A stretch of 64,000 bases of DNA from Chrysomallon squamiferum (GCA_012295275.1 CM022668.1:11842001-11906000), one strand, 5' to 3'. Counted from the first letter of the stretch, positions 42,235 through 56,582 are shown. Numbers and translations are program-made. Notes: generated by a model not told the origin, from the sequence alone.

Positions 42235-43099
42235 CATTTTTATTGTTATTATTACTGTTACTGAATACTTTAACAATTCGTATGCAAACAGAGAATGAGA
42301 TATAGTGACAACAGCAATAAAAATAAAAACTTTTTCCTGAATAATTCACTTTTTAATATTCCTCTAGGCTTTATCATACATATGAAATAATTGAAATAAA
42401 AACATAAAGTAAATAAAGATATGAGAAAGCCATTAAAAGAACAAATAAGTAATAAAGTTTTTTATTTAAGTTTTTTATTGTTAATATTGTTTACCCAGAG
42501 GCATTATGTGATATTGCATAACAATAATTTTTAAAAATAATGTATATTTTTTTATAAATAAATTGAAAGTTACCTTTAACATAAACAAATTTGTGCTTCT
42601 TCAGAATATTAATGTTAGTTACTAAAAGGATATGTTTTTTTTGTGTGTTTTTTTTTGTGACATTACGAAATAATAAGTAACAATTATGAAATACAAATGG
42701 AATTTTAAAGAAAATACAAAAAAAAATCTTTATATACCATCATGTGCATGTGAAAATATTGAATTTTTAAATTTTTTTCTTAAATAAAATTTAATATTTG
42801 TAACCTAAGTGTATTTTGCAATATTGCACAATTAAGAACTCTATTTCTTTAAATAAAAAAAATTTAAAGAAATAATAAAAATGTCAGTTTTAAAACAAAA
42901 ATCAATGTAATCAACAATGTTAAAAATAAAATATAAATATCATACTAATGGTATTGGATATATTGAAAATGACCATAAAATGCTAACAACAACAATAAAA
43001 TATTAATATAACATAAAAATAAAAAAATAAATATAATAAAAAAACTCATGAGTAAATGATGTAGATAATCTAACCAACAATAACAATTAAAAATATAAT

Positions 43100-44530
43100 A
43101 ATAATATATTATTACAGTTATTTGATATTTCACAGGTGAAAACATTCTTACAATTAACAAGTTATCAGCAACAACAATTAAAAATATAATATTAATACAC
43201 TGTTTATATTTGACAGGTCTAAATGAATTACAGTCTATGGATTACTTACCAATAACAATAAATAATAAAATATTAATACAGTACAATAGTTACCAGTTAT
43301 TTGACAGATGAAAATGATGTTACAATTAAAAACTTACCAACAACAACTAAACATATAATATTAATACACTAGTATAGTTAGTTCATATTTGACAGGTGTA
43401 AATGATTTTGCAATCTATTAATTTCTTATCAGTAACAATTAAAAATAAAATATTAATACAGTACTATAGATACTGAATATTTGGCAGATGAAAATGATGT
43501 CACAGTCAACAACAACCTACCAACAACCACATTTACAAATACAATATTAACAGTAATATTTTATTAACAATAAATAATAATAGTATAGTAACATTTCCAA
43601 CAAGAAAAACAATCAAAAATAAAATAAAAAGATTATTAGTAAATATTTTGGCATATGAAAATGATATTGCAACAGTTAACTTAACAAGAACAACAAATCA
43701 AAATAAAATATTAATGTAATGCTTTAGAATTAGGGAGGAAAAAGAAAAGAAAAAACAACAGATGAAAATGGTATTACATAGGTAACAATGAATAAAATCA
43801 AAATTTTAATATAATATTGCTACGAGTTACTTGAATCAAGAAATTCCCCCAGGTGAAAATGATATTAACAGGTTACTTAGTACCAATTAAAAATAAAATA
43901 TTAATGTAATGCTATAGTAACAGAAAAAAGATAGGTGAAAATATTATGCAGACTTAACAGAAATTTAAAATATAACACTATAGTAAGAGAAAAAAGATAG
44001 GTGAAAATATTATGTAAACTTAACAGAAATTTAAAATATAACACTATAGTAACAGAAAAAAGTTAGGTGAAAATATTATGTAAACTAAATAGCAATTTAA
44101 AATATAATACTATGGTAACAGAAAAAAGATAGGTGAAAATGATATTACACAGGCAACTTAACAACAATTAAAAATAAAATATTAATATAATACTTTAGTA
44201 ATAGAAGAAAAAATGTGAAAATAATATTACACGTTATAGTTAATAATTAAATAGAAACAGTTAAAAAATTTATATTGATAATGATAACTTATTAACAATT
44301 TATTAAAAAGAAAATACATATTTTCGCAGGGTGAAAATAATAAAACAATGATTTGGCTGACCACAATAACTGATCAAAGAAAAAATTATTTTAGTTAAAC
44401 TGAACTGTAATGATGAAAATTCTGTATCTTGTTAACACCACCCTTTGATTTGAGATGAAACATTAACTGCTTATTATGGTTGTCAAACAGACTTGACAGG
44501 TGAAAATGATGTTACAATAGGTAATTTACA
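43100..44530 (+). repeat. Degenerate minisatellite (~66-90 bp) with core (C/T)AGGTGAAAATGATATTACA
   Basis: About 14-15 recurrences of the core; tight ~66-bp tandem copies at 43915-44150. Confidence 0.8.
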
Positions 44531-45159
44531 GGTGGGATATTGCTCTGTATTTATATACCTTGCTTTTATCGACGTTACCATAGCAATGGACAAATTGCAA
44601 TAGCTTTGATATTTGTGTTTCGTGTTGTGTATGTGTGCGTGTTTGAAATATTGATTTTTCGTTGTCGTTCATTTTGTGTGAGCTTTTATATTATTTATTT
44701 ATTCTATATGAAATATAATATGTTAATGGCCAGTTTTTTTGTTTTTTGTTGTTATTGTTTTGTTTTTTTATTTATTCCAAGGTCAGATTGTTAATTGAAT
44801 GATTGATCTAATAAAATGTCAATCAGAAAATATTTAATGATAATGACAGTTCATTTTGAAAAAATGTTGTATTTAAATTTATATATATATATATATAATG
44901 GAATAATAATTAACATGTGATAAGTCATTGTATGGCAGTCTAAATACAGAATTTTATTTTGGAAATATAGTTGTTTTTTAATGGGCAAATTTAATTGTGA
45001 AATGTCAGAATAAAATGTTTTCCTGGATTTGAAGCAAATATCTCGTAAAGAATAATTGGAAATTTTTGTCAATTTTTCAAAATTCTGTTTAATTTTGTAA
45101 TATCTTAATTATTGATATCATAATTATCAATATTGTCATTTTTATTTAATTTTTCTCTT

Positions 45160-45248
<89 letters not shown>

Positions 45249-45845
45249 GTAGCTCTAGTTCTGTCTTGCCATCTTTCTCTCCTTTTTTACTATTACTTTT
45301 TCTCTGTTTCTGGTTATTTATTTTAATTTTTAATTTTTTATATTTTTTAGTATAATCTCTAATTAATATCAAGACTTTAACTAAATCCTGCATAAACATT
45401 ACTTACTATCCACTTACTTTTATAAGCACACTTACCTTGAATTATTTCTGAGCCTGTAAAACACAAGCTGTAGAAAATTCTCAAATAAAGGATTAAAATA
45501 ACAAAGTGAGAACATGCACTGTTGTGATTCCTGTATGTGATATCTCCTCTGTTGTATTCAAATATGTACCACAAGGTGGTTGGAAGAGCCAGACATCTCA
45601 ATGTCCTTTTACTCATATTGTACAGAGAGACCAGGAATTTTTTATTTTATTTTATTTTTTCCTTCTACTTAAGTTTTATTTTATTCTGTGCTTGAAGAAG
45701 GGAAAAGGATTGAGGTATTATATATATACTCTGAATTTGTGTTATTAATGGATTGTATATTTTATTATATTATGGACAAGTTGGTGTAGGTAATTTTATA
45801 GTTTTTGTATGAAGAAAATCCTTAGAACATTTCCATTACACACAG

Positions 45846-45911
<66 letters not shown>

Positions 45912-46829
45912 CATCTCTCTCTCTCTCTCTCTATATAAACACATACAAACATAAACACAGGGATGTTTTACCGAATTGTTTTATTGTACACTAGAAATAG
46001 AAGCTACAAATAATTAATACTATACATACAGGTTATATTACATACTTAAAATGTTTTACTTTGTTATATAAATTGTCCAAGGTTATTTAATATATTTGAT
46101 ATATATGCAACATAGTTTCATTATAATATGATACCAGTTATACAATCTAATTAGTTAATACTTTGTTTAATACAGTGTAATTCGTTAATACATAGTTAGT
46201 ACAGTATAGTTTAATTTAATACAAATAATGTGTTTAAATTTTTTTTTTTTATTATTTATGTTTGTACTAAGAACATGCTAACATATTTGTGTACACTGTC
46301 ATAGCATAAATATTTAATGTTTTGATGCAGGATCTTATATTTTTTTTTTTTAAAAATATTATTATATTTTTTTTTTTTTTTTATTATTATTTTTTTTTTT
46401 TATGATTATTATTATTATTATAAACACTAACACAAAAAGAAGAAATATTGGAAGTGCAAATTCCAAACAACTACCTTTTTTTTTCTTTTTTTTTTTTTTT
46501 TAGAAATCCTTTTCACATTATGTTTTGTGTTACAAATGTCAGCTGTACACATTAGCACTAGAAAAGATTTAATCTTTGAATCTATCAATGTATAAGCTTT
46601 ACCAAAGCAAGCCATTAAAGAAGAGAATTACATACTTGTGTTATTTTATATAAAATATTACAAGGCCATACAACACGTAACAGTGCACATAACTAATAAT
46701 CTGTATTGATATTTTCTCTGTTATGTCTGGTGTGAACTGACAGCCTTCCTGTTCTGATAACTTTATCTGTTGCTTATCTATCACTAATAGTGTAAAGTAT
46801 ACTAATCCATAATAAATAATATCTACTGG

Positions 46830-47280
46830 ACTATCTCAGATTAGTCCTTAATGGGATTTGAACCCAGTAACTGCCAATCTGAGAATCTTCTGTTCTTTAA
46901 GGTTTAACTACTGCTTGATTGTTATAGTAGTATAAATAATAAAATATTTTAGAACCATTTTTTTTTTTTTTTTTTTTGCATGTAAACAATATGTACTATA
47001 GTAGCTCAGAATAGCCCTTAATGGGATTTGAACCCAGTAACTGCCAATCTGAGAATCTTCTATTCTTTAATGTTTAACTGTTGTTTGATTGTAACAGATA
47101 GTATAAGTAATAGAATACATTATAACCATTTATTTTTATATATATATATAAACAGTATATACCATAATATAGCTGATCAGGCCATAATGGGATTTGAACC
47201 CTGTATCTGCTGATCCGATAAGCTTCCATTTTTTTTTTTATGGCTTAACAGTTAACTTCTGCTTCATCATGACTTGCAGG
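46830..47280 (-). mobile_element. Three tandem copies (~170-bp period) of a tRNA-derived SINE-like head
   Basis: Minus-strand T-arm/B-box GGGTTCAAATCCC at 46853-46865, 47023-47035 and 47189-47201, with upstream decayed anticodon-arm and A-box-like sequence; no intact cloverleaf. Confidence 0.6.
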
Positions 47281-47307
47281 ATAAAAAATAACAAACCTTT
47301 CTCCTTT

Positions 47308-47354
<47 letters not shown>

Positions 47355-47585
47355 ACCTGGCCTGTTGTTTCATTAACTTTGGTGTGTCACATTCGCTGGA
47401 GTGTGAAGGTGATTTTCAGCTGTGACCTTTGTGTGACCTACATATTCAGTGAATTAGATAACTGCAGGAGGCTATGACAAAAACAGGATCAATAGGGACA
47501 CCTGAAAACAGGACTTTTAAAGTGTTGTGTTTTGAATGGTGAGCTGTACAGTAGTTGGAAAGATATAATAATAATTATCATAATA

Positions 47586-47629
<44 letters not shown>

Positions 47630-47870
47630 TGATAATAATAAAGCAATAATAATATTACAGTAACAAAAATAACAGCAGCAATAATAATAATAGTAATAAT
47701 ATTAACAAAAACAACAATAATAATAATAACAGTAGCAGTAATAATAATACCAGCAATTATAATAACCATAATAGCAATATTAATATAACAAAAATAACAA
47801 TAACAGCAACAACAACAATAATAGTAATAATAGCAAAAACAAATAGTGATAAACAGATATTTTGGATTCC

Positions 47871-48062
47871 AAGAGAATATCATTTAATAATAAATTAAAC
47901 TAAATGTGTACATGCTTATATCATGACAAACACTATGACAAAAAATTTAAAACTGTCTCTCTCTCTCTCTCTCTCTGTCTGTCTGAGGTACAAGAGAATA
48001 TCATTTATAAAATAATAATAAATTAAACTAAATGTGTACATGCTTATATCATGACAAACACA
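47871..48062 (+). repeat. Local direct duplication of ~62 bp around a (CT)n tract
   Basis: AAGAGAATATCATTT...AATAATAAATTAAACTAAATGTGTACATGCTTATATCATGACAAACAC occurs twice. Confidence 0.85.
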
Positions 48063-48607
48063 CCCACATGCATAAGCATAAATATGCTGGCATTTATATA
48101 TTTTAACATTTATCATATTCTATTCACTAATCAGGAAGTTTTCCCATCTCTTCAATTTTTCTTTTCTTTGTTTATTTATTTTTTATTTATTTATTTATTT
48201 TTTTATTTCTTTGCCCCAGACACTGTAAATTGTATATATATCATTTATACATTAATGTTCTGTTCCTTTTATTTATTTATTTATTTATTTTATTTTATTT
48301 TATTTCATAACCAGTTTTACTGGTTATTTTGTAAAGAAATGTTTTATTTATTTTGTACCCATAAAACGAATTGAATTGGAACGCGAAGTTGTACCGGAAT
48401 AAGATAATACATAAAAGAAAAATTGTTATTTAATGACCACTTTATAGAAATATATCAAAATTACTTTACAGCAGTATTTAATATTTTAATTTTCCTTTTA
48501 TATATTTATTTATTTATTAATTATTATTATTATTATTATAAATTCCATGTTGTTTTTTATGTTTGTTTTGGGTTTTTTTTTTTCAAATTTATTATTATTA
48601 TTATTAA

Positions 48608-48656
<49 letters not shown>

Positions 48657-49155
48657 TTAATTATATGTTTAAAATTTTATTTATTCATGGGAAACAGAAT
48701 GTTTTTTCTTATTTATATGTACTGCCACTAAAAGATTGACAAGTTTCTGATACAAATTGGAATTTCTCTGTCGAAATGTTTGCATGATTCCAGTAATGAA
48801 ATTAATAATAAGCTGATGTTAAAATATTTTAGGGAATTTTCTTCAACACTGTAGTCTACTAAAGTTTCATTATCCCAGTTTTATACCATTCTTCAGTTTA
48901 CTACTGCTATTGCTACTAATATTACTACTAGTATATGACTATTATTAGTACTATCAGTGCTATTACTACTGCTATTACTACTACTACTGCTGCTACTACT
49001 AATGTTTTATCAGTATTATGTAATGCTTCAGTAAGCAATAACAATATATTTATTGGTTTGATTTTCTACAATTTTTTTTTTTTTTTAAATCTACTGTAAA
49101 AGTATATTTGGGTGGTATTATCATTTATGTAATTATTGTTTTTATTATTATCATT

Positions 49156-49193
<38 letters not shown>

Positions 49194-50272
49194 TATTATC
49201 ATTATTATTATTATTATTATTATTAGTAATAGTAGTAGTAGTAGTAGTAGTATACTTTTACTACAATTATTCCTTCCAGTACAAAACAGTCAATAGCATA
49301 CAGCCATTCAAAATCAGCACACAAATACAAACACACACAGAGCAATGACAATATATTTACTGTTCTCCATTATCTAGGAAACAGTTTTTTCATTTTATTT
49401 ATATATATATATATATATATTATATATTTTTATATATTGATTATTTTTATTTTCCCACTGTGATTCTTCTGTTATTGCTGCTTACTTCCTCAGCTGACCC
49501 AGTCCTGCATTGCGTTCATTCTCTGCGTTTGTTATCCCACAAAGCTTGTACAGTTTGACCATGCATGCATGCACGCATGGCTTAATAGGATTTTCATTGT
49601 TTAAGAAAACACCATGACATTTGGCATAGCTGAATATTGTTGTACCGTTCTGCAGCAGTTTTCTTCGAAACAGTGAGTTTATTTTCTGTGTTAAGAAGTG
49701 ATTTGTTTTGATGCCTGTTTATTATTTGATGGATATATACTATATTAGGTGTATATCTGGTTATATGTAATACAGAATATATGTAATATATATATGATAT
49801 TTATTGTACATTCACTGGTTAATATTGCGCTTCTCAAATAGCAAGTTTTATTAGTTTCATCAAAATGTCATTTCTGCTGTTTTGAAGTAAGTGACAGATA
49901 TAGTGTGGTCTGTATACAATGTCTGAATCAGGTTGTGTTACATACAGAATATATGAACATTTACTCATTGGTTAATTTCTGTTTCTGAAATAGAAAGCTT
50001 ATTATGATAAGATATACTACAATAAGTATGTTTTTGGTTAAATATATAAATTGTTTATATTATGATGTTTATTTTATGTTTTAATGGTTTCTGAAATAGC
50101 AAGCTTGTCGTAATAAGATATACTACAGCATGTCTGTTTCTGGTTATGTTATATGTCAAATACATATTTATTGAATTTTCATTGTCTAATTTCTGTTAAA
50201 CTTTATTATATGCAATTCACAAATTTATTCATTGCTTATTTATTATTCTTTCTCTCTATTTCTTCCCCACCT

Positions 50273-50336
<64 letters not shown>

Positions 50337-51442
50337 CATTCTTTTCTCAACAACACATTTTTTTTTTTTTTTTTTTCATTTTTGAAATAATTATTTACTT
50401 TTGAAAAGAAATACTACTTTTGAGCCCATATCAGTTCCCAAGCTGAAGTCTCTCTGCTAGATTTACTCTCTGACGCTGTGTAAACAGTGAGTTAGTTGGT
50501 TCCAGTCAACCTTGATCTGATAACCAATTTCATTGTTATGCAACATGTGTTACATGTGTCCTTTATCTCATAACTGCAAATTTCATTTATTAATATAACC
50601 TGTGCTGTTCTGCATTTTTTTTTTTTTTTTTTTTTTTACACACACACATTTATTTATTTATTTATTTATCTCACTTTCTTTTATGGGATATTACTTCTAC
50701 CCTCTCTCTCTCTCTCTCTCTCTCTCGTTGTTTCTTTCGTTAACACAGTCTCTCACTTGCTTTTTCTCTATGTTCAGAAAAGTGGAAAAATGAATATCTA
50801 CATCAAAAATATATCAATGAATAATTCATAAATTTTTACATATTCATTTTTTTTTTTTTAATTTCTTTCCTATCGATTTTACATTTTTGAACCAGTATTT
50901 TTTGTTTTTTTAGGATGGGGTTGTATATATATTATTTTGTATTTTTATTTTATTTCTATTATTATTATTATTATTATTATATATTTAAATTGTTTTTAAA
51001 CAGTTTAGCATTTTAAATTATATTTTATTTTACAAAAATGTATTTCATTTATTTATTAATTTATTTTTATTATTATTATTATATAATCATTTAATAATAC
51101 TATTCACCTTTTTTATTTTTGCTTTTATTTTATTTTTTATTTTTATTATTATTTTTTACTATTTATTTGTTGTTGTTGTTGTTGTTGTTTTAAGTGCAGT
51201 CAAAACATTTAATAACCAGACATGTCATATCATTTGACAAATTCTTTATCCAGATGAATTTCAACCATCCTACACCTACAGACTAATAAAACTTGATATG
51301 TCACAAAGATAAAATAAAAACCATGACACATTTTTTTTTCCTGTCATCAACCTTGACTTGCCCTCCTACTTGTTATTCACGTGTTTTTTTCACGTTGAGT
51401 AATACCGAAACTTGAGTAATCATCATACATTGTTACTCAACA

Positions 51443-51473
51443 ATGTATAACAAAGAGCAAGGTGTTTTGAAAG
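51443..51473 (+). CDS. Candidate alternative first coding exon of TRAK (MYNKEQGVLK-)
   Basis: ACA-ATG, consensus AAG|GTGAGT donor in phase 1, in frame with exon 52587. Confidence 0.5.
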
Positions 51474-52219
51474 GTGAGTCTAAATGAAGGACACATTGAA
51501 TGAATGAATGATATGTAAACATAATAAATAATTAAAATAAATAAATAAATAAATAAACAAACAAACCTAGATGTGAGAATTTCCGGTTTCAGAATAAATG
51601 CATTTTATGAATGAGTGTAAAGAAAAAAATATTAAACACTCACATGTATGCTCGCACATATACACACACACACACACACACACAGACATACACACACACA
51701 CGCACATACACACATATATATATAAAGATCACATATAAATATCATGTGCATAAATACACACATACACAGAGAGAGAGAGAAAAAACACCTAATTCTCTAA
51801 AGTGACAGTGTGACCTACATTTTTGTCTTCATTTTTATTAGACATTATGTCTAATTAAACCATCTCTGTGTATTAACATTGCCTCACCTAATTATACTAT
51901 ATAATAGTTGATGTTAAACTAATTAAATAAAGTCTATTTTTTTATGTTACTATTCATTCTAAATGTGAGCTCGTTAAAATCTCTCAGTTTTCACTGTTTT
52001 GTGAATTAATATTATAATGTTATCATGTAGATTGTTCTCAGTTTGTGACCTAATTAAAATTGTCCCATTCATCTTCTTTTTTTTTTTTTAATTTATTTAT
52101 TTACATACATACATTTATTTATTTTTGGTTATGTGATAGCCTAATTAAACACATTCTGTTATATTGTAGATGTTGTCAAACATGTGATGTAATTAAAAAT
52201 ATCACTTATTTGGTGATAC

Positions 52220-52600
52220 AGACATAATTGTTTCTACTTTCCAGTTCCATAGAGTAACACAGAAGTAACCAAAAGTGTCTCTATTTTTCAGTTCCTTTGG
52301 GTGACAGTGACCTAATTAAAAGTGTCTCTATTTTTCAGTTCTATTGGGTGAAAGTGACCTAATAAAAAGTCTATTTTTCAGTTCTATTGGGTGACAATGA
52401 CCTAATTAAAAGTGTATTTTTCAGTTCTAAAGGGTGAGAGTGACCTAATTAAAAGTGTATTTTTCAGGTCTATTGGGTGACAATGACAATTACCTTCAGG
52501 TATTACAATGACCTAATTAAAAGTGTCTCTGTTTTTCAGTTCTGTGTGGTGACAATGACCTAATTAAAAGTGTCTCTGTTTTTCAGTTCTATGTGGTGAC
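52220..52600 (+). repeat. Tandem array of 43-47 bp branchpoint-polypyrimidine-AG-exon-start units
   Basis: TGACCTAATTAAAAGTGTCTCT(A/G)TTTTTCAG|TTCTATTGGGTGACAA; AG ends at 52244, 52291, 52338, 52381, 52424, 52467, (52499), 52539 and 52586. Confidence 0.95.
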
Positions 52601-52663
52601 CGGGTGACACAGATGACCAAGACCTACAATGACATCGAAGCCGTTACTCATCTGCTCGAAGAG
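52587..52663 (+). CDS. TRAK1: TRAK/Milton exon ([26 protein letters not shown])
   Basis: [18 protein letters not shown] hallmark of TRAK/HAP1_N; phase 1->0, GTGAGT donor. Confidence 0.96.
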
Positions 52664-52675
52664 GTGAGTTTATCT

Positions 52676-52756
<81 letters not shown>

Positions 52757-53468
52757 CAGATAAATAAATAAATAAATAAATATAAATAGATAGATAAATA
52801 AATAAATAAATAAATAGATAGATAGATAGATAGATAGATACTTTTAATACACCCTTTATATATTAAATGTAGATGATCTCAAATAACATTTCAGTTATAA
52901 ATCCAGTGGGTAGCTACTACAGTGTTATTAGACAAGCTGCAAATATCTAGGTAGCAGTCTTGTGTGTATTGTTTGTTATATATCAGTATATTAAAACTAT
53001 TAGCTTTTCAGATTTACCACAGCACAATGTCTGATTAAGGTTACCTTTCACAAATGTCTATAGTACATGTATGTCTGTTTGTTTTGAGTTAGATGTGGTT
53101 AGATAAGAAAATGTGAAATGTTGGTTTTCATTCAGCGTGTTATTTTACACTTAAAATATCTGTAATGTATAAACTGTGAGGGTATGTGCTGCTCTGTTAA
53201 ACACAAAAATAAATTTGTAATATTTACTGGGGGACACAGAGGTTGTTAGAAAACAAATTAAACACATCTCTATATATACATTCAAGCATAAATTCATTCA
53301 AATATATACAAATATTTTGAAATAAACTTTTTATATATTTACACACTAAGTTAAGAATAATTTTAAAAAACACACACACACACACACCAGTAAACACACA
53401 AATTCATGTTGCTGTTACACCACACTTTTTTATTTTTTTTAAATTGTGCTCTGTTTTTCCCATTCCAG

Positions 53469-53585
53469 AAAGAGCGTGACCTTGAACTTGCTGCCCGAAT
53501 TGGCCAGACCCTCCTTGAGAAAAACAAGGAGCTTGTCGAGAGACAGGACCATCTGGAGGAGAATTTGGCTATTGCCAATGAAAAG
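53469..53585 (+). CDS. TRAK1: TRAK/Milton exon (KERDLELAARIGQTLLEKN...ANEK), CC1 box
   Basis: KERDLELAARIGQ CC1-box motif; 117 nt, phase 0->0. Confidence 0.97.
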
Positions 53586-53685
53586 GTGACACAGTAAAAT
53601 ATAAATGATAATGTATTTTAATCTTTATGTAGCATTTTTAGGAACTGGGAATCAGTATACTTTGTCTAGTACTGTTACACTTAAA

Positions 53686-53727
<42 letters not shown>

Positions 53728-53735
53728 TTTTATTA

Positions 53736-53778
<43 letters not shown>

Positions 53779-53914
53779 GATTATTATTATTATTATTACT
53801 ATGATTATTATTATTATTACTATTATTATTATTGTTGTTATTATTATATTATTATTAATACTACTACTATTTCATTATTATTATTGTTATTATTATTACT
53901 ATTATTACTAATAT

Positions 53915-53946
<32 letters not shown>

Positions 53947-54080
53947 TTATTATTATTGCTATTATTGTTTTTATTATTACTATGATTATTATTTAGTATT
54001 ATTATTATTAATCATCACCATTGTCATCATCATCATCATCATCATCAGTATAATACTAAGAGAACTGTTTTGTGTTGTAG

Positions 54081-54175
54081 GCCAATCAGTTGCGACATGA
54101 CTTAGCAATGAAGGAAGAGTTGTTGCGAGCTTACTTTGAGGAGGATGGTGAGATATCCCAGAGCTCCAGTCCAGG
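54081..54175 (+). CDS. TRAK1: TRAK/Milton exon (ANQLRHDLAMKEELLRAYFEEDGEISQSSSPG)
   Basis: QLRHxLxxKxELL motif; phase 0->2. Confidence 0.93.
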
Positions 54176-54652
54176 GTAAGTTTCTATCTGTCTGTATCTG
54201 TGTTTGTGTGTCTGTGTTTGTGTGTCTGTGAGTGTGTGAGTATGTGTGTGGGTGTGTGCATGTGTGTGCAGGTATGTATGCTCTGTGTTCATGTGTATGT
54301 ATTCAAAGTGACAAATTTAGTTACTGTTCTTCAATGTCCAAATGTCCAGATGGCTGCATATTTGTGTTTGCCTTTATTTTAATTTATTTTTTGTTATTTT
54401 GGGTGTCTGAGTAATGACTCAGTATGTTCAAGAAGGATTGGGATTTTTTTTTTTGTTTTTTTTAAATTATGTTATGTTCAGAATTTGGCTGGGTTTTTTT
54501 TCTGTCTGCGTACATATCCTGTTTGTTTTTGTTTTGTTTTTTTGTTGTTTTTTGTATGTTTTTTTTGTCTCTTTATATTTCTTCATTTCCTCTCACTGCA
54601 ACTCTTATCATTCACCCTTCTTAAATAATCTCTCTGTCTCTCTGTCTGTCTC

Positions 54653-54684
<32 letters not shown>

Positions 54685-54793
54685 CTCTTTCTCTCGTTCT
54701 CTCTCGTTCTCTTTATTCTCTCATCTCTCTCTCTCTCATCAAATCTATTTATATTTTGGATATTTTATTTCACTGTTATTATTTTTCTGACAG

Positions 54794-54884
54794 AGATGCA
54801 CCAATGGGTCTACATGCTGGTATTGAAATGTTGCAGAAAAAAGTCATACAGCTGGAGGAGGACAATTTACAGCTCAGACTTGAT
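54794..54884 (+). CDS. TRAK1: TRAK/Milton exon (DAPMGLHAGIEMLQKKVIQLEEDNLQLRLD)
   Basis: LQKKxxxLEExNxxLR coiled coil; phase 2->0. Confidence 0.92.
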
Positions 54885-55404
54885 GTGAGTTGTTTTTAGT
54901 TGTGTTACCCTTATCATGAAAATGTGTCACAAATTCATCACTGTTTAATTTTTTATTTTAATAAAAAAAAGTTTTGGAGTTTTTTTTTTTTTTTTTTTAT
55001 TTTTAAATATTTTATAATTTTATAATTTTCATAAAATGGTTTTTTATTATTATTATTTTTTTTTTTAATTTTTTTTATTTATTTATTCAAAAATGTTTGT
55101 TTTAAAAACAATTTACTATATAGTGTCCAATCATTGTGAAAATTATAATTTAATATTTACCTTTTATCTCTCATACCACCAATTTTACAGTATCAGTTAC
55201 TTACTTTTTAATATGATCTTTCTAATGTTTGCTGATTTTGTAATATTATAAATTACAAACAAATATTTTAAAACCAAATTGTGCATAAGACCTTTAGATA
55301 GAAAATTCTCCCATTCAGTATTTTTATCTGATGTCGATGCTGTTGCTGTTTTGGTGTATAATTATGTAAATATCATTATTAAAACTGTGTTTGTTTGTTT
55401 GCAG

Positions 55405-55483
55405 AGCACAAAGCTTAAGACAGCTACAAGTGACTTTGAAGAGAAGGAGAAAAAGCTGGTAGAGGACTGTTTACAACAGATGG
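55405..55483 (+). CDS. TRAK1: TRAK/Milton exon (STKLKTATSDFEEKEKKLVEDCLQQM)
   Basis: EEKExxLVxDC motif; phase 0->1. Confidence 0.92.
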
Positions 55484-55737
55484 GTATGTTTACACTGTCA
55501 TGTTTAGGGACTGTTTACTCTTTGTTTTAAGAGATGTTTACATTATTTAGAAGACTTTTTAAGCTTACGTTTCAAAAGATTTCTCTATTATGGTTCCTTG
55601 CCATATTTAGATGAATATGTTTATATTATAATTCAGAGAAATGTTTACAACAAACAGTTATATTCAAATAGATTTAATCACTGTTTGGAATGGAATATAT
55701 ATATATGTATATATATATGTAATGTAATTATTTTCAG

Positions 55738-55868
55738 CTGAAGTCAATGTGCAGGTAGATTGTTTTGCTGAGGAGCTTGAGAAAAAAACAGAGGAAAATA
55801 CAAGACAGAAGGAAGAGATCCGAGCTCATTTAGCCAAAATGGCCGACCTTCAGAAACGTGTCAGAAAT
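55738..55868 (+). CDS. TRAK1: TRAK/Milton exon (AEVNVQVDCFAEELEKKTEENTRQKEEIRAHLAKMADLQKRVRN)
   Basis: EELxxKxExxxRQxEEI coiled coil; phase 1->0. Confidence 0.92.
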
Positions 55869-56507
55869 GTAAGTTAAATGAGACTGACTTGATGCTGGAA
55901 AATCTCATCCATCACTAAAATATCCAAACTCATTCCTTCTTTCTTTGACAGTAGACCATTTATTAATATCTCATTCTGAATGATCCAAGTCCATATCTTA
56001 TTTGTTTATGGTTAGACCACATAATAACTTTTATCTCTGCATGTTCCAATCTGATTTCTTATTTCTTTAAGTTAAAATAAATACAATGTTTATATAAATG
56101 AATGATCCTAGCTCATTTCTTATTTCTTTTAAGTTAGACTAATGCATTATCTACACTGATCTGTTATTTATTTTCATAACTTAGGTTTTTAGCCGTTGAT
56201 ATATTGATGTTTTTGGGTATTACTATATGCTAAGGTAATTTGGAGATTAATATAATAGTGAAATAACAACAAGGACAGTATGCTAATTTGGAGGAAAGGA
56301 GAGACAGACAGACGGACTGAGAGAGAGAGAGTGAGTGAGCAAGATTGATTGATTGATTGATGCACTAAGATACTGCTGTTAATAATGATAATGAAAGAAA
56401 ACTTATTAAAACTTTAATCCAGCCTGCAGTATTTAATAATCCATATAACACTAATAATCTACAGCTGCGTGTTTGTTTTGAGTTTTAATTTGAGTTTTAT
56501 TTTTCAG

Positions 56508-56582
56508 CTCACTGTTGAGAACATGGAATTGTCAAAACATCTGCAGGCTTCTCAGGAATGTCAGCGCAAACTCACCAAAGAG
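56508..56582 (+). CDS. TRAK1: TRAK/Milton exon (LTVENMELSKHLQASQECQRKLTKE)
   Basis: ENxELxxHL..Q..L..E pattern; 75 nt, phase 0->0. Confidence 0.92.

Noticed and set aside
46830-46930. Functional tRNA gene
   Set aside because: Only the T-arm is intact; acceptor and D stems cannot be formed, so treated as SINE-like.
47474-49672. ATG-initiated mini-ORFs 47474-47538 and 49614-49672 as coding first exons
   Set aside because: Both end in phase 2 and hit a TGA within a few codons when joined to acceptor 52586 or 52539; at most non-coding or uORF-bearing exons.
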